From NCBI GenBank assembly GCA_000993205.1, contig LBVU01000001.1, positions 8,155 through 72,154 on the forward strand: a DNA stretch of 64,000 bases. The letters are read 5' to 3'. Shown here piece after piece: positions 19,200-28,194 of the stretch. Source of the stretch: Candidatus Woesebacteria bacterium GW2011_GWB1_39_10. GTDB lineage: Bacteria; Patescibacteriota; Microgenomatia; UBA8517. Position 1 is the stretch's first letter. Each line of letters starts with the position of its first letter. The notes under the pieces are model-generated. The model was not told the DNA's origin and did not search any database. It saw only the letters and a program-made list of their open reading frames with translations. A program made the position numbers and the translations under genes.

Positions 19200-19829
19200 A
19201 TGCCACAAGACTTTTTAGACAAAAAAATCAGACAAATTTCTTATTTTGGTTTTGCCGATGCAAAACCTGGAGACCCGCTTTTTGAGGAGGCTTTTGAATG
19301 CGCGAAATTTTTAACGAGTAAGGGTTATGTGGCAATAAATGGGGGAGGACCCGGAACAATGAGGGCTGTTTCGGAGGGGGCAAAAGCCGTTAACGGGACT
19401 GCGGTAGGGGTCACTTTTTATCCGAAAGATGTCGCCAATTATGAGGGTAGAGACAAAAATAACCCCTTTGATATTGAAATAAAAACGAAAAACTATTTGG
19501 AGCGGACTTTAAAATTATTAGAAATGGGAGATGCTTATGTTATTTTTAGAGGCGGAACGGGGACGATTTCAGAATTTGGAATGGCTTGGGGTTTGGCGCG
19601 TCTTTACTTTGGACACCATAAACCCCTTATTCTTTACGGCGAATTTTGGAATAACATAATTAAAGCCTTTGGTGAAAATATGAGAATAAGATCTGAAGAG
19701 CTTGAAGTTTTTAGAGTGGTTTCGACTCCCGAGGAAGCATATGCCGCGATTCAGATTTTTGAAGGAGCATTAAAAAGGAAAGAAGGGGCAAATAATGAAG
19801 AAAGCCCATTCCAAATTAAAGCCAGATAA
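19200..19829 (+). CDS. LOG-family protein (Rossmann-fold nucleotide-binding / cytokinin riboside 5'-monophosphate phosphoribohydrolase family)
   Basis: GGGPGTM and RGGTGT motifs. Confidence 0.7.
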   Translation: MPQDFLDKKIRQISYFGFADAKPGDPLFEEAFECAKFLTSKGYVAINGGGPGTMRAVSEGAKAVNGTAVGVTFYPKDVANYEGRDKNNPFDIEIKTKNYLERTLKLLEMGDAYVIFRGGTGTISEFGMAWGLARLYFGHHKPLILYGEFWNNIIKAFGENMRIRSEELEVFRVVSTPEEAYAAIQIFEGALKRKEGANNEESPFQIKAR

Positions 19830-19831
19830 AT

Positions 19832-20710
19832 ATGCAAAAATTCTCTGTTCACGAACTTGAAGAAAAGGCCAATATAATACGCGAAGATATAATTAAAATG
19901 CTTGTTGAAGCGGGGAGTGGTCATTCGGCAGGTCCCCTTGGAATGGCTGATGTTTTTGCGGCGCTCTACTTTCATATATTAAATCACGATTCACACAATC
20001 CCGCATGGGAAGAGCGCGACAGATTGATGCTTTCTAATGGTCATATTTGTCCGGTCCGTTATGCCGCCATGGCTGAAGCAGGATATTTTCCGGTTAGTGA
20101 GCTTTTAACTTTGAGAAAATTAGGGTCCAGACTTCAAGGTCATCCCGAAAGATTAAAACTTCCCGGAGTTGAAACGACATCGGGTCCTTTGGGGAGTGGG
20201 CTGGCTCAGGCTGCAGGATATGCTTATGCGGCCAAAATGGACGGCCGTAAATTTAGAGTTTACTGCGTGACAAGCGATGGAGAACACCAGGAGGGGAACC
20301 ATTGGGAAGCGGTTATGTTTGCAGCAAAATATAATCTTTCTAATTTAACCGCAATAGTCGACAGAAATAATATTCAGATTGATGGTTATACAGAAGACAT
20401 TATGCCACTTGAACCAATGGTCGAGAAATATAAAGCTTATAACTGGAGTGTTATTGAAATTGACGGGCACAATATGCAGGAAATTATCGATGCCACGGGC
20501 AAGGCAAAGGCAATATTTGAAAATCCGACAGTTATTATTGCTCACACCATTCCCGGAAAAGGAGTCGACTTTATGGAAGGGGATTATAAATGGCATGGAA
20601 ACCCTCCGGGAACAAATATTCCCGGTGAGCCGTCGAAAGACGAACAGGCAAAAATAGCTTTGCGGGAATTAAGAACATTGGGAGGAAAGATAAGATCTGA
20701 ACATCAGTAA
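19832..20710 (+). CDS. tktA: transketolase, N-terminal subunit
   Basis: GSGHSAGPLGMADVFAALYFH thiamine-diphosphate-binding region. Split-gene organisation. Confidence 0.8.
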   Translation: MQKFSVHELEEKANIIREDIIKMLVEAGSGHSAGPLGMADVFAALYFHILNHDSHNPAWEERDRLMLSNGHICPVRYAAMAEAGYFPVSELLTLRKLGSRLQGHPERLKLPGVETTSGPLGSGLAQAAGYAYAAKMDGRKFRVYCVTSDGEHQEGNHWEAVMFAAKYNLSNLTAIVDRNNIQIDGYTEDIMPLEPMVEKYKAYNWSVIEIDGHNMQEIIDATGKAKAIFENPTVIIAHTIPGKGVDFMEGDYKWHGNPPGTNIPGEPSKDEQAKIALRELRTLGGKIRSEHQ

Positions 20711-20800
20711 TTGACCTAATTATTCTAATTGCTCTAATTTTTAAATTGGGACTTATTTAGGACAATTAGATTAATTAGAACTTAGAAATTGTAGAGAGAT
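20701..20800. repeat. AT-rich CTAATT / AATTGGGA / AATTAGA intergenic repeat, copy 1 (between the tkt halves)
   Basis: Shares AATTGGGAyTTATTTAG...AATTAGA...TAATTAGAA with 60768-60865. Confidence 0.6.
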
Positions 20801-21791
20801 GTTGAATATGAAACTTAAACTAAATAATAAGCTGTTTGACGAAGATGTAGAACAATCACCAACCAGAAATGGTTACGGAGAAGGACTTGTCATCGCCGGG
20901 GAGAAAGATCCAAATGTTGTTGTTTTATGCGCAGATTTGACTGAATCCACGAGGTCTAATTTTTTCAAAGAAAAATTTCCGGGAAGATTTGTTGAAATGG
21001 GAGTGGCCGAGCAGGGGATGGCGACTGTTGCCGCCGGAATGGCAAATTACGGAAAAATTCCCTTTATCTCTTCTTACGCGGCCTTCTCGCCGGGACGTAA
21101 TTGGGAACAAATTAGAACAACAATTGCGTTAAACGACGTTCCCGTAAAAATTGCCGGGGCGCATGCTGGTTTAACTGTGGGACCGGATGGGGCAACACAT
21201 CAGATGTTGGAAGACATTGCATTAATGCGGGCAATGCCAAACATGATTGTGATTTACCCTGCGGATTCCATTGAAGCAAAGAAAGCAACTATCGCTGCAG
21301 CCACAAACGGAAAGCCAACATATATTCGTCTTGCCCGTGAGAAAACTCCCATTGTGACAATCGAGGCGACTCCTTTTAAAATCGGCAAAGCAGAAGTTTT
21401 TTGGACGTCTAAAGATCCTCAAGTTGCGATAATAGCCTCAGGCCCACTTCTTTACGAAGCACTTCTTGCTGCAAAAGAACTGACAGGGTCGCACCCTGTC
21501 ATTGTTCTCAATTGTCACACAATAAAACCGATCGATGAACAAACAATAATTCATGCAGCAAAAATATGCGGAGCAGTTGTAACTGTCGAAGAACATCAAA
21601 TCATGGGTGGGCTTGGAGGGGCAGTTGCCGAACTTTTGTCCAAAAATATTCCAACGCCGCAGGAATTTATTGGAATGCCTGATTGTTTTGGAGAATCAGG
21701 ACAACCAGACGAACTATTGGAAAAATATCATATGAAGGCAAAGGATATTATGGAAGCTGTTAAAAAAGCAATCGTCAGAAAAAACTCTTGA
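20799..21791 (+). CDS. tktB: transketolase, C-terminal subunit
   Basis: GVAEQGMATVAAGMA motif and a C-terminal domain. Confidence 0.8.
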   Translation: MLNMKLKLNNKLFDEDVEQSPTRNGYGEGLVIAGEKDPNVVVLCADLTESTRSNFFKEKFPGRFVEMGVAEQGMATVAAGMANYGKIPFISSYAAFSPGRNWEQIRTTIALNDVPVKIAGAHAGLTVGPDGATHQMLEDIALMRAMPNMIVIYPADSIEAKKATIAAATNGKPTYIRLAREKTPIVTIEATPFKIGKAEVFWTSKDPQVAIIASGPLLYEALLAAKELTGSHPVIVLNCHTIKPIDEQTIIHAAKICGAVVTVEEHQIMGGLGGAVAELLSKNIPTPQEFIGMPDCFGESGQPDELLEKYHMKAKDIMEAVKKAIVRKNS

Positions 21792-21816
21792 CAAATGTAT
21801 TGATATAGTATATACT
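21788..21816 (+). promoter_or_regulatory. sigma70 promoter (TTGACA, 17 nt, TATACT) for brnT
   Basis: Consensus hexamers ending 6 nt before the ATG at 21822. Confidence 0.5.
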
Positions 21817-21821
21817 CTTTT

Positions 21822-22133
21822 ATGAATTCAGACATTATCCCTGAACCAATTGAATTTGAATGGGACAAGGGGAACACAGATAAAAATTTCAAAAAACATG
21901 GTATCTCAAATGAAGAGGCTGAAGAAGTCTTTTTAAACGGGCCTTTTATATATAAAGACTTTGAACATTCAAAGATTGAGAAAAGATATAATTGTTTAGG
22001 AGAAACAGACAAAAGAAAGAAGATTTTTATAAGTTTCACCATCAGGGGGGATAAAACAAGATTAATATCGATAAGATTAATGAGCAAGAAAGAAAGACAA
22101 AAATATGCAAAAAATATACAAGAAAATTCCTAG
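21822..22133 (+). CDS. brnT: BrnT-like toxin (type II toxin-antitoxin ribonuclease, DUF497)
   Basis: FEWDKGNTDKNFKKHGISNEEAEEVF is the BrnT signature. Confidence 0.7.
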   Translation: MNSDIIPEPIEFEWDKGNTDKNFKKHGISNEEAEEVFLNGPFIYKDFEHSKIEKRYNCLGETDKRKKIFISFTIRGDKTRLISIRLMSKKERQKYAKNIQENS

Positions 22134-22383
22134 TTTTAAAACCGAAGATGACGAAAGAAAGTTCTGGGATACCCATGATTCTACAGATTATATAGATTGG
22201 TCAAAAGCAAAAAGGACAATATTCCCCAATTTACAATTAACCAGAAAGCCAATTTCATTAAGAATGACGACCAGTTTATTGGCCAAAATCAAGGTTATTG
22301 CAAACAAAAAAGACATGCCGTACCAAACTTTAATTAAACAATATATTTCGGAGGGGATAGATAAGGATTATCAAGTTTTCTGA
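22105..22383 (+). CDS. brnA: BrnA-like antitoxin
   Basis: Overlaps brnT. FWDTHDSTDY motif. RHH-like C-terminus. Confidence 0.65.
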   Translation: MQKIYKKIPSFKTEDDERKFWDTHDSTDYIDWSKAKRTIFPNLQLTRKPISLRMTTSLLAKIKVIANKKDMPYQTLIKQYISEGIDKDYQVF

Positions 22384-22392
22384 TTAAAACTT

Positions 22393-22545
22393 ATGAGCTA
22401 TACTGTGAAGGTAATTGAGTTTAAAGGACAGTTGTGTGTTCCTATCCCAAAACCCCTAGTGAAAAAATTGGGATGGAAAGAAGGTGATGAAATAATCGTT
22501 GACTACGACAAGGTTAAGAATGTGGTTACAATGCGCAAGAAATAA
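22393..22545 (+). CDS. small AbrB/MazE/SpoVT-like protein (50 aa), possible orphan antitoxin
   Basis: Translation MSYTVKVIEFKGQLCVPIPKPLVKKLGWKEGDEIIVDYDK resembles a swapped-hairpin domain. Below the ORF-track size cutoff. Confidence 0.3.
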   Translation: MSYTVKVIEFKGQLCVPIPKPLVKKLGWKEGDEIIVDYDKVKNVVTMRKK

Positions 22546-22587
22546 GCTCCAAATTTTTTCCTGTCTCAAAAAACATTCAAAGAAGAT

Positions 22588-23400
22588 CTAAGGGCAAGGA
22601 GCAAATTCACAATTTGGTCCGGTTCTACCTACATAACTTCCATCAGGGCAAAGTTTTGCTTCTTTTGTGCAAGCAATGGGTTTGGCTGATGGCGAGGCTA
22701 CTGGATTAATGAATTTGAAAGTAGAAAGGATTTGATCAAAAATTTCAAGATCGTTCTGACCCTCGCTGTTAATGTAGATGTTATATATCAAACCATCCTT
22801 GTGTCTAAAAACAAAATTTGTGCCGCTTACAACATTCGAATACTTAGTTTTATAACCACTTATACCATTAATGGTAACTGGTGTTTGTTTGATGATTTTC
22901 GATTCAGTAAGACTGTTGAAGTTTTGCGGTTCTGTCGGAATTTCTCGCACTTCAATACCACCGATTCCAGATTTGGAATCGGCATTTAATCCAAAGAGGG
23001 TGTTGGCACTTGCACTTTGACTAACAACAGCTGACCAATCAGATGGATATTTGAATTGATATTTATAGGTTGGATGTGTATATGTTTTCCAATTTGCAGT
23101 TGGATCCGCCGTCGCTAAAGCTGTGGCGGACGAAGTCGGTGTCGGAGCTACTTGGTAGTTAGCAAGCATTTTCTTTAACTGTTGATTTTGGTAATACAGG
23201 AAGCCAACAGCAGAGAGAGATAAAAGGACAAACACAGCCATGCTTATTACAGTAATATTGTGTGAGCCATTTGTAATTTGTGATTTGTCATTTGGAATTT
23301 GGTCTAGAATTGGTACTTGTGGATCCATATCCAAAGTATACAACATGCCGTTGAACTCCCCAACAGTTAACTGATAGACTGGAATATATATAAATATCAT
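22588..23400 (-). CDS. membrane-anchored hypothetical protein (true start probably the internal Met near 23346)
   Basis: TM helix ISMAVFVLLSLSAVGFLYY. A C-terminal Cys pair. Confidence 0.45.
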   Translation of the reverse strand: MIFIYIPVYQLTVGEFNGMLYTLDMDPQVPILDQIPNDKSQITNGSHNITVISMAVFVLLSLSAVGFLYYQNQQLKKMLANYQVAPTPTSSATALATADPTANWKTYTHPTYKYQFKYPSDWSAVVSQSASANTLFGLNADSKSGIGGIEVREIPTEPQNFNSLTESKIIKQTPVTINGISGYKTKYSNVVSGTNFVFRHKDGLIYNIYINSEGQNDLEIFDQILSTFKFINPVASPSAKPIACTKEAKLCPDGSYVGRTGPNCEFAPCP

Positions 23401-24361
23401 GGAAGAAACTGTTCAAAAACTACTCGTTTCTAGAAAAGGACTACTTGCCGCTGACGAATCGACTAAAACAATTACAAAAAGGTTTGCGGCTTTGGGTCTG
23501 ACTTCGACTCCCGAGCTTAATAAAAAATACAGGGAAATGCTATTTACCACACCCGGTGTGGAAAATTATATAAGTGGTGTTATTTTATTTGACGAATCTG
23601 TTCGCCAAGATCTTCACAAGATCTTGGAGTCAAAGCGAATTATTCCCGGCATCAAAGTTGACGAGGGACTCATGTCATTTAACGATACTCCCGAGCAAGT
23701 AACAGAAGGTTTGGAAACACTGGACGTACGGCTTAAAGAATACGCGCAGATGGGAATGAAATTTGCCAAATGGAGAGGTGTTTTTAAAATCACAGACATG
23801 TATCCATCAAAAGTTTTTTATGACGAAAACTTAGGAAGGATGGCTAAATATGCCAAGATTACCCAAGAAAACGGAATAGTCCCAATAGTTGAACCTGAGG
23901 TTCTTCTCGAAGGAAACCATACAACTACAAGATGCGGTGAAACTATGGACGCGACTTTAAAAATTCTTTTTGAAAAGTTGAATACCGAAGGAGTAGATCT
24001 TAAAAATCTGATAGTCAAAACCAGCATGGCCTTACCTGGTCCGGATAGTGGAGTAAAGGCACTTCCCTTGGAGGTGGCAAACGCGACTCTCAGGGCACTC
24101 AACAGATCTGTTCCGCCCGAAGTCCCGGGAATAGTTTTCCTTTCCGGCGGACAAACCTCGGATGAGGCAACTAACAATCTAAATGAAATAGTGAAACTTA
24201 AAGAAAATTCGCCTTGGGTTTTGACGTTTTCGTTTTCCCGGGCTTTACAAAACGAAGCAATGGAAACATGGGCCGGAAAAGATGAAAACACCGCTAACGC
24301 TCAGCAAGTTTTTATCAAAAGGCTTGAAATGGTTTCAAAAGCCGCGAAAGGAGAACTCTAA
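23399..24361 (+). CDS. fba: fructose-bisphosphate aldolase, class I
   Basis: LLAADESTKT and ILFDES motifs typical of class I (Schiff-base) aldolases. Confidence 0.8.
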   Translation: MEETVQKLLVSRKGLLAADESTKTITKRFAALGLTSTPELNKKYREMLFTTPGVENYISGVILFDESVRQDLHKILESKRIIPGIKVDEGLMSFNDTPEQVTEGLETLDVRLKEYAQMGMKFAKWRGVFKITDMYPSKVFYDENLGRMAKYAKITQENGIVPIVEPEVLLEGNHTTTRCGETMDATLKILFEKLNTEGVDLKNLIVKTSMALPGPDSGVKALPLEVANATLRALNRSVPPEVPGIVFLSGGQTSDEATNNLNEIVKLKENSPWVLTFSFSRALQNEAMETWAGKDENTANAQQVFIKRLEMVSKAAKGEL

Positions 24362-25360
24362 ATGAAACCATCAGATTTACTTTCAATAGGGGACTCTTCG
24401 ATTGACACATTCATGACCCCACTCGAAACCGAAACTCTTTGTACCATAGACAAAAAGCAGTGCCTAATAGCATTCGCCTATGGGGAAAAAATACCCGTTA
24501 AGAATTTAGAATTTGCTGTGGGTGGAAATGCCGGAAATAATGCTGTAGGAGCAAAGAGGTTGGGAATAAATTCTTCAATTGTTTTGACTTTGGGGGATGA
24601 CAGTATTGGAAATTTAATTGTTGAAAAATTGAAAAATGAAGGGGTAGATATGACCTTTGTGATTCAGCAACCCGGAACCACGTCTAACTACTCAACGGTA
24701 ATTAATTATATGGGAGAGCGCACAATTTTTGTTTATCATGCACCCCGAAGTTATGAATTTCCGGTACAGCTCCCGGTGGTACCTTGGGTTTATCTAACCA
24801 GTATGGGGGAAAGTTTCAGACCCTTTTACAACCATTTAACTGAGTGGTTTAAGAAAAACCCGACTGTTAAGGTGGCCTTTAATCCCGGAAGTTGGCAACT
24901 TAGGGAAGGGTACGATGCAATAAAAGAAATAATAAAAATCGCTCATATAATTTATGTGAATAGACAGGAAGCCGAAAAGCTTATCGGTTTTGGAGATTCT
25001 GCCGGACGCGATCGAGATCTACTAATTGCCTTAAATAAGCTTGGCCCCAAGATTTGTATCATAACGGATGGAGGCGCTGGGGCATTTGCCTATGACAGCA
25101 TAAACGGAAAATTTATAAAAGTCGGCATTCTTCCCGTTGACGCATACGAGCGGACGGGTGCGGGGGATGCGTTTGGGAGCGGTTCGCTTTCTGCAATAAT
25201 TCATGGGAAAACATTGGAAGAAGCGCTTCTTTGGGGAACAGTCAACTCCGCGTCAGTTATTGGTTATACGGGTCCGCAAAAAGGTCTTTTGAAACTTGAA
25301 GAGATGGAGGTGTGGCTTGCCAGATGCAAAAGTAGTGGGGTTTCTGTGACTGCAATATAA
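24362..25360 (+). CDS. PfkB-family carbohydrate kinase (ribokinase-like)
   Basis: GAGDAFGSG motif near the C-terminus. Confidence 0.7.
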   Translation: MKPSDLLSIGDSSIDTFMTPLETETLCTIDKKQCLIAFAYGEKIPVKNLEFAVGGNAGNNAVGAKRLGINSSIVLTLGDDSIGNLIVEKLKNEGVDMTFVIQQPGTTSNYSTVINYMGERTIFVYHAPRSYEFPVQLPVVPWVYLTSMGESFRPFYNHLTEWFKKNPTVKVAFNPGSWQLREGYDAIKEIIKIAHIIYVNRQEAEKLIGFGDSAGRDRDLLIALNKLGPKICIITDGGAGAFAYDSINGKFIKVGILPVDAYERTGAGDAFGSGSLSAIIHGKTLEEALLWGTVNSASVIGYTGPQKGLLKLEEMEVWLARCKSSGVSVTAI

Positions 25361-25367
25361 ATATAAT

Positions 25368-26354
25368 ATGAAGATTTTTGTTACAAGAAAAATCCCGGGA
25401 GATTTTATTGAAAGCTTGAAGGTTAACGGCAATGAAGTTGTGATTTCCGAATTTAATAGACCGCTTACCCAAGTAGAACTTCTCGAAAAAGCAAAGGGAG
25501 TAGACTTTCTTTTGGCTCTTTTGACCGACCGCATAGACGGAGACGTAATGGATGCTGTTGGTCCCCAACTCAAAATGATAAGTAATTATGCGGTTGGATT
25601 TGATAATGTGGATATTAAAGCTGCAAGTGATCGCGGAATTGTTGTGACCAATACCCCCAGTGACGAAGTGAACGAATCCGTTGCAGAACACACATGGGCT
25701 TTAATATTGGCGCTGGCCCGAAGAATTGTTGAGGCAGATGAAGCAACCAGACGCGGTGCATACAAAGGGTGGGAGCCGGATATCTTTCTGGGGCACAATA
25801 TAATAGGCAAGACGTTGGGAATTATAGGGCTGGGGAGAATCGGATCAATGGTTGCCAGGCGCTCCCAGGGTTATAAAATGACGGTTTTTTATAATAAGCG
25901 TGAACCAGATCCGAAAGCGGAACAGGAACTTGGAGTCAAATTTGTTTCACTCGACGATTTATATAAACAGAGTGATTTTATTTCGCTCCATGTTCCTTTG
26001 ACCGAAGAAACTAGACACATGATAAATAAGGACGCTTTTGTCAAAATGAAAAAAGGAGTTTTTTTGGTAAACACCGCAAGGGGTCCGGTTGTTGATGAAC
26101 GTGACTTAGTTGACGCCTTAAGAAATGGACAACTTGCCGGTGCCGGTCTTGATGTTTTTGATAACGAACCCAATATTTCTCCCGAGCTTTACAATGCTCC
26201 CAACGTCATAACAACCCCGCACATTGCCTCGGCAACCTGGGAAGCCAGAAACAAAATGGGCGAACAAGCAGTGGGGCAAATTTTATCCGTTATCACCGGC
26301 CAAAAACCAGAGAATCTGGTGAACCCTGAAGTTTGGGAGAAAAGAAGAAGATAG
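25368..26354 (+). CDS. D-isomer-specific 2-hydroxyacid dehydrogenase (glyoxylate / hydroxypyruvate reductase-like)
   Basis: NAD-binding GLGRIGSMVARR. Catalytic His region TPHIAS. Confidence 0.75.
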   Translation: MKIFVTRKIPGDFIESLKVNGNEVVISEFNRPLTQVELLEKAKGVDFLLALLTDRIDGDVMDAVGPQLKMISNYAVGFDNVDIKAASDRGIVVTNTPSDEVNESVAEHTWALILALARRIVEADEATRRGAYKGWEPDIFLGHNIIGKTLGIIGLGRIGSMVARRSQGYKMTVFYNKREPDPKAEQELGVKFVSLDDLYKQSDFISLHVPLTEETRHMINKDAFVKMKKGVFLVNTARGPVVDERDLVDALRNGQLAGAGLDVFDNEPNISPELYNAPNVITTPHIASATWEARNKMGEQAVGQILSVITGQKPENLVNPEVWEKRRR

Positions 26355-26359
26355 CCCCA

Positions 26360-26388
26360 TTGACATTATGACAAATTCGTCATAAAAT
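26360..26388 (+). promoter_or_regulatory. sigma70 promoter (TTGACA, 17 nt, TAAAAT) containing the palindrome TATGACAAATTCGTCATA (candidate HigA operator)
   Basis: Ends 1 nt before the ATG at 26390. Inverted repeat TATGAC..GTCATA. Confidence 0.5.
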
Positions 26389-26389
26389 T

Positions 26390-26689
26390 ATGAAAGTTAT
26401 ATATCATCCAGAAGTTGATAAAACAATTCGGGATTTATCGAATAAGGAAAATTCTAGGGTAGTAAAAGTAGTCGATTTTTTTGAGAGCAGTAAGTTTTTG
26501 TTAGATCAAAAATATCTCAAAAAGATAATGAAAGGCCTTTGGGAATTAAGAGCGGGGAGGTACAGATTATTATTTGGCATATCGGGTGGAAATGCGATTG
26601 TAACAAGATTATTTCTGAAGAAAACTCAAAAAACACCAGACAGGGAAATTAAATTGGCGATAAAAAGACTAAACGAATATGAACAATAA
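26390..26689 (+). CDS. higB: HigB/RelE-like toxin (Gp49-like family)
   Basis: 99 aa. Toxin-first order with the overlapping HTH gene. Confidence 0.6.
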   Translation: MKVIYHPEVDKTIRDLSNKENSRVVKVVDFFESSKFLLDQKYLKKIMKGLWELRAGRYRLLFGISGGNAIVTRLFLKKTQKTPDREIKLAIKRLNEYEQ

Positions 26690-26969
26690 AATTAAATGGG
26701 TTTCGCATGAAAAACTAAAGTCGGATTTAATGAAAGATCCGGAATTTCGTCGTGAGTACGATGCGCTTCAACCAGAATTTGAGATTGCAGAGCAAATAAT
26801 TAAAGCTAGGATTGAAAGAAAGATTTCTCAAGCGGAGCTTGCTAAAAGGATGAAGACCGGTCAAGCAGTTGTATCACGCCTTGAAGGCGCAAATGGAAGT
26901 CCTTCTTTAGCTTTATTAAAACGCCTTGCCCGTGCACTTGGGATTAAACTCCAATTAACTATTCAGTGA
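26679..26969 (+). CDS. higA: HigA-like XRE-family HTH antitoxin
   Basis: HTH segment ISQAELAKRMKTGQAVVSRLE. Confidence 0.65.
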   Translation: MNNKIKWVSHEKLKSDLMKDPEFRREYDALQPEFEIAEQIIKARIERKISQAELAKRMKTGQAVVSRLEGANGSPSLALLKRLARALGIKLQLTIQ

Positions 26970-27333
26970 CAACTTTCTGGAGTTCAGCAACTTTTTCTGG
27001 AGAAAGGTTGGGTTCTATCTTTGACATAAAACTTTCTAAAACAGATTTGGATGATTCGGCAATCGCGTTTTCCATATCAAAACCAGTTTCCTTGAGTTTT
27101 TCTTGGGCAAAAGCGATATTTTTATCGATATCCTCAACTGTTTTTGGGGGATTTGTTGCCATTTGATCCAAGAAAACTTTATTTTTTGGGTCAATACCAA
27201 TCTTTGCAGTCAAATCTAAATAAAGACTGGCTAATAAATTCGTTTTTAATTCTTTAATCTCTGATTCAGGGGTGGAACCAACAATTGAAATAATTTTATC
27301 TATTTTTTGAAGAAAATTTTGGGTGAGATTCAT
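26959..27333 (-). CDS. hypothetical helical protein
   Basis: 124-aa ORF in an operon with 27335-27775. Confidence 0.4.
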   Translation of the reverse strand: MNLTQNFLQKIDKIISIVGSTPESEIKELKTNLLASLYLDLTAKIGIDPKNKVFLDQMATNPPKTVEDIDKNIAFAQEKLKETGFDMENAIAESSKSVLESFMSKIEPNLSPEKVAELQKVVTE

Positions 27334-27334
27334 T

Positions 27335-27775
27335 TTATTCCTTTACAGTGCTCCCACTTTTTGCCGGATTTGATCGATCAACCCAGTCACGAAACATTGC
27401 AAGACTACCACTTGCTGGGATTGTAGCAAATGATGCATTAAGAGCGGCAAACATTATTCTTTGGCTTGGTTCAAGGGCTGGCGCATTATATGCGGCAACA
27501 CTAAGTAATACGGTTTGGGTGGCTGCTAAGGCCAAAAAACTAGCCATAGCAAACTCATCTTTATTGGGAAAATTTTTAAAAGCTTCAATTGCTTTATTTC
27601 TATAGTCAATCAGAACATTTCTAGATGCGCCTATCAAATCAGTAGCCTTCTCTTTTCCGGACTCGACTGCACGGCCAACCCCTCTTTTTATTTCTCTTCC
27701 GGCTGCACCCAGGCCAATTCCAACAGACTTAAGAGCAGTCTTTTTCCAATCAAATTGCTCGTTATTTTCTGACAT
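27335..27775 (-). CDS. hypothetical protein
   Basis: 146-aa ORF. No family recognised. Confidence 0.4.
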   Translation of the reverse strand: MSENNEQFDWKKTALKSVGIGLGAAGREIKRGVGRAVESGKEKATDLIGASRNVLIDYRNKAIEAFKNFPNKDEFAMASFLALAATQTVLLSVAAYNAPALEPSQRIMFAALNASFATIPASGSLAMFRDWVDRSNPAKSGSTVKE

Positions 27776-27790
27776 TCTACTGTGATTTTA

Positions 27791-27805
27791 GTGTGTGTGT
27801 GTGTG
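27791..27805. repeat. (GT)7.5 dinucleotide microsatellite in an intergenic region
   Basis: gtgtgtgtgtgtgtg. Confidence 0.8.
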
Positions 27806-27836
27806 AATGTCAATAATAGTTTGTTAGAATAGATTT

Positions 27837-28184
27837 ATGGGGATTTTTGGAAGAAAAAATGAGGAAGATTATGATGAGGAGGATGGTTTTCGTGAGGAAG
27901 AGGAACTAAAAGACCGGAAACTAACCAGAAAATTCAAAGATCTAAAACCTGAGAATAAAAAAAAGAGAAAAGAACCGCCCAAGCCCTGGGGCAGACGTGA
28001 GAGAATTACACTCTTAATAATAATTTTGATGACGGTATTGATTTCCGGGATTCTCACTCTCACTTCAGAAAGCAAAAGATTCTTGAATTTGCCCAAACTC
28101 AATTTTAGTTTTCCAAAGATAAATTTTGGCTCTCTTAACTTTTTTAAAGAGGAGACAATAACGATCAAAAAAAGCGGGAATTAG
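27837..28184 (+). CDS. small membrane protein with a highly charged N-terminus
   Basis: TM helix ITLLIIILMTVLISGILTL. Confidence 0.35.
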   Translation: MGIFGRKNEEDYDEEDGFREEEELKDRKLTRKFKDLKPENKKKRKEPPKPWGRRERITLLIIILMTVLISGILTLTSESKRFLNLPKLNFSFPKINFGSLNFFKEETITIKKSGN

Positions 28185-28194
28185 TCTTACACAG

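Noticed and set aside
27791-27805. (GT)n microsatellite as a phase-variation switch
   Set aside because: It lies in an intergenic spacer between divergently arranged hypothetical genes, more than 30 nt from either start, with no obvious promoter spacing dependence. Recorded as a repeat only.
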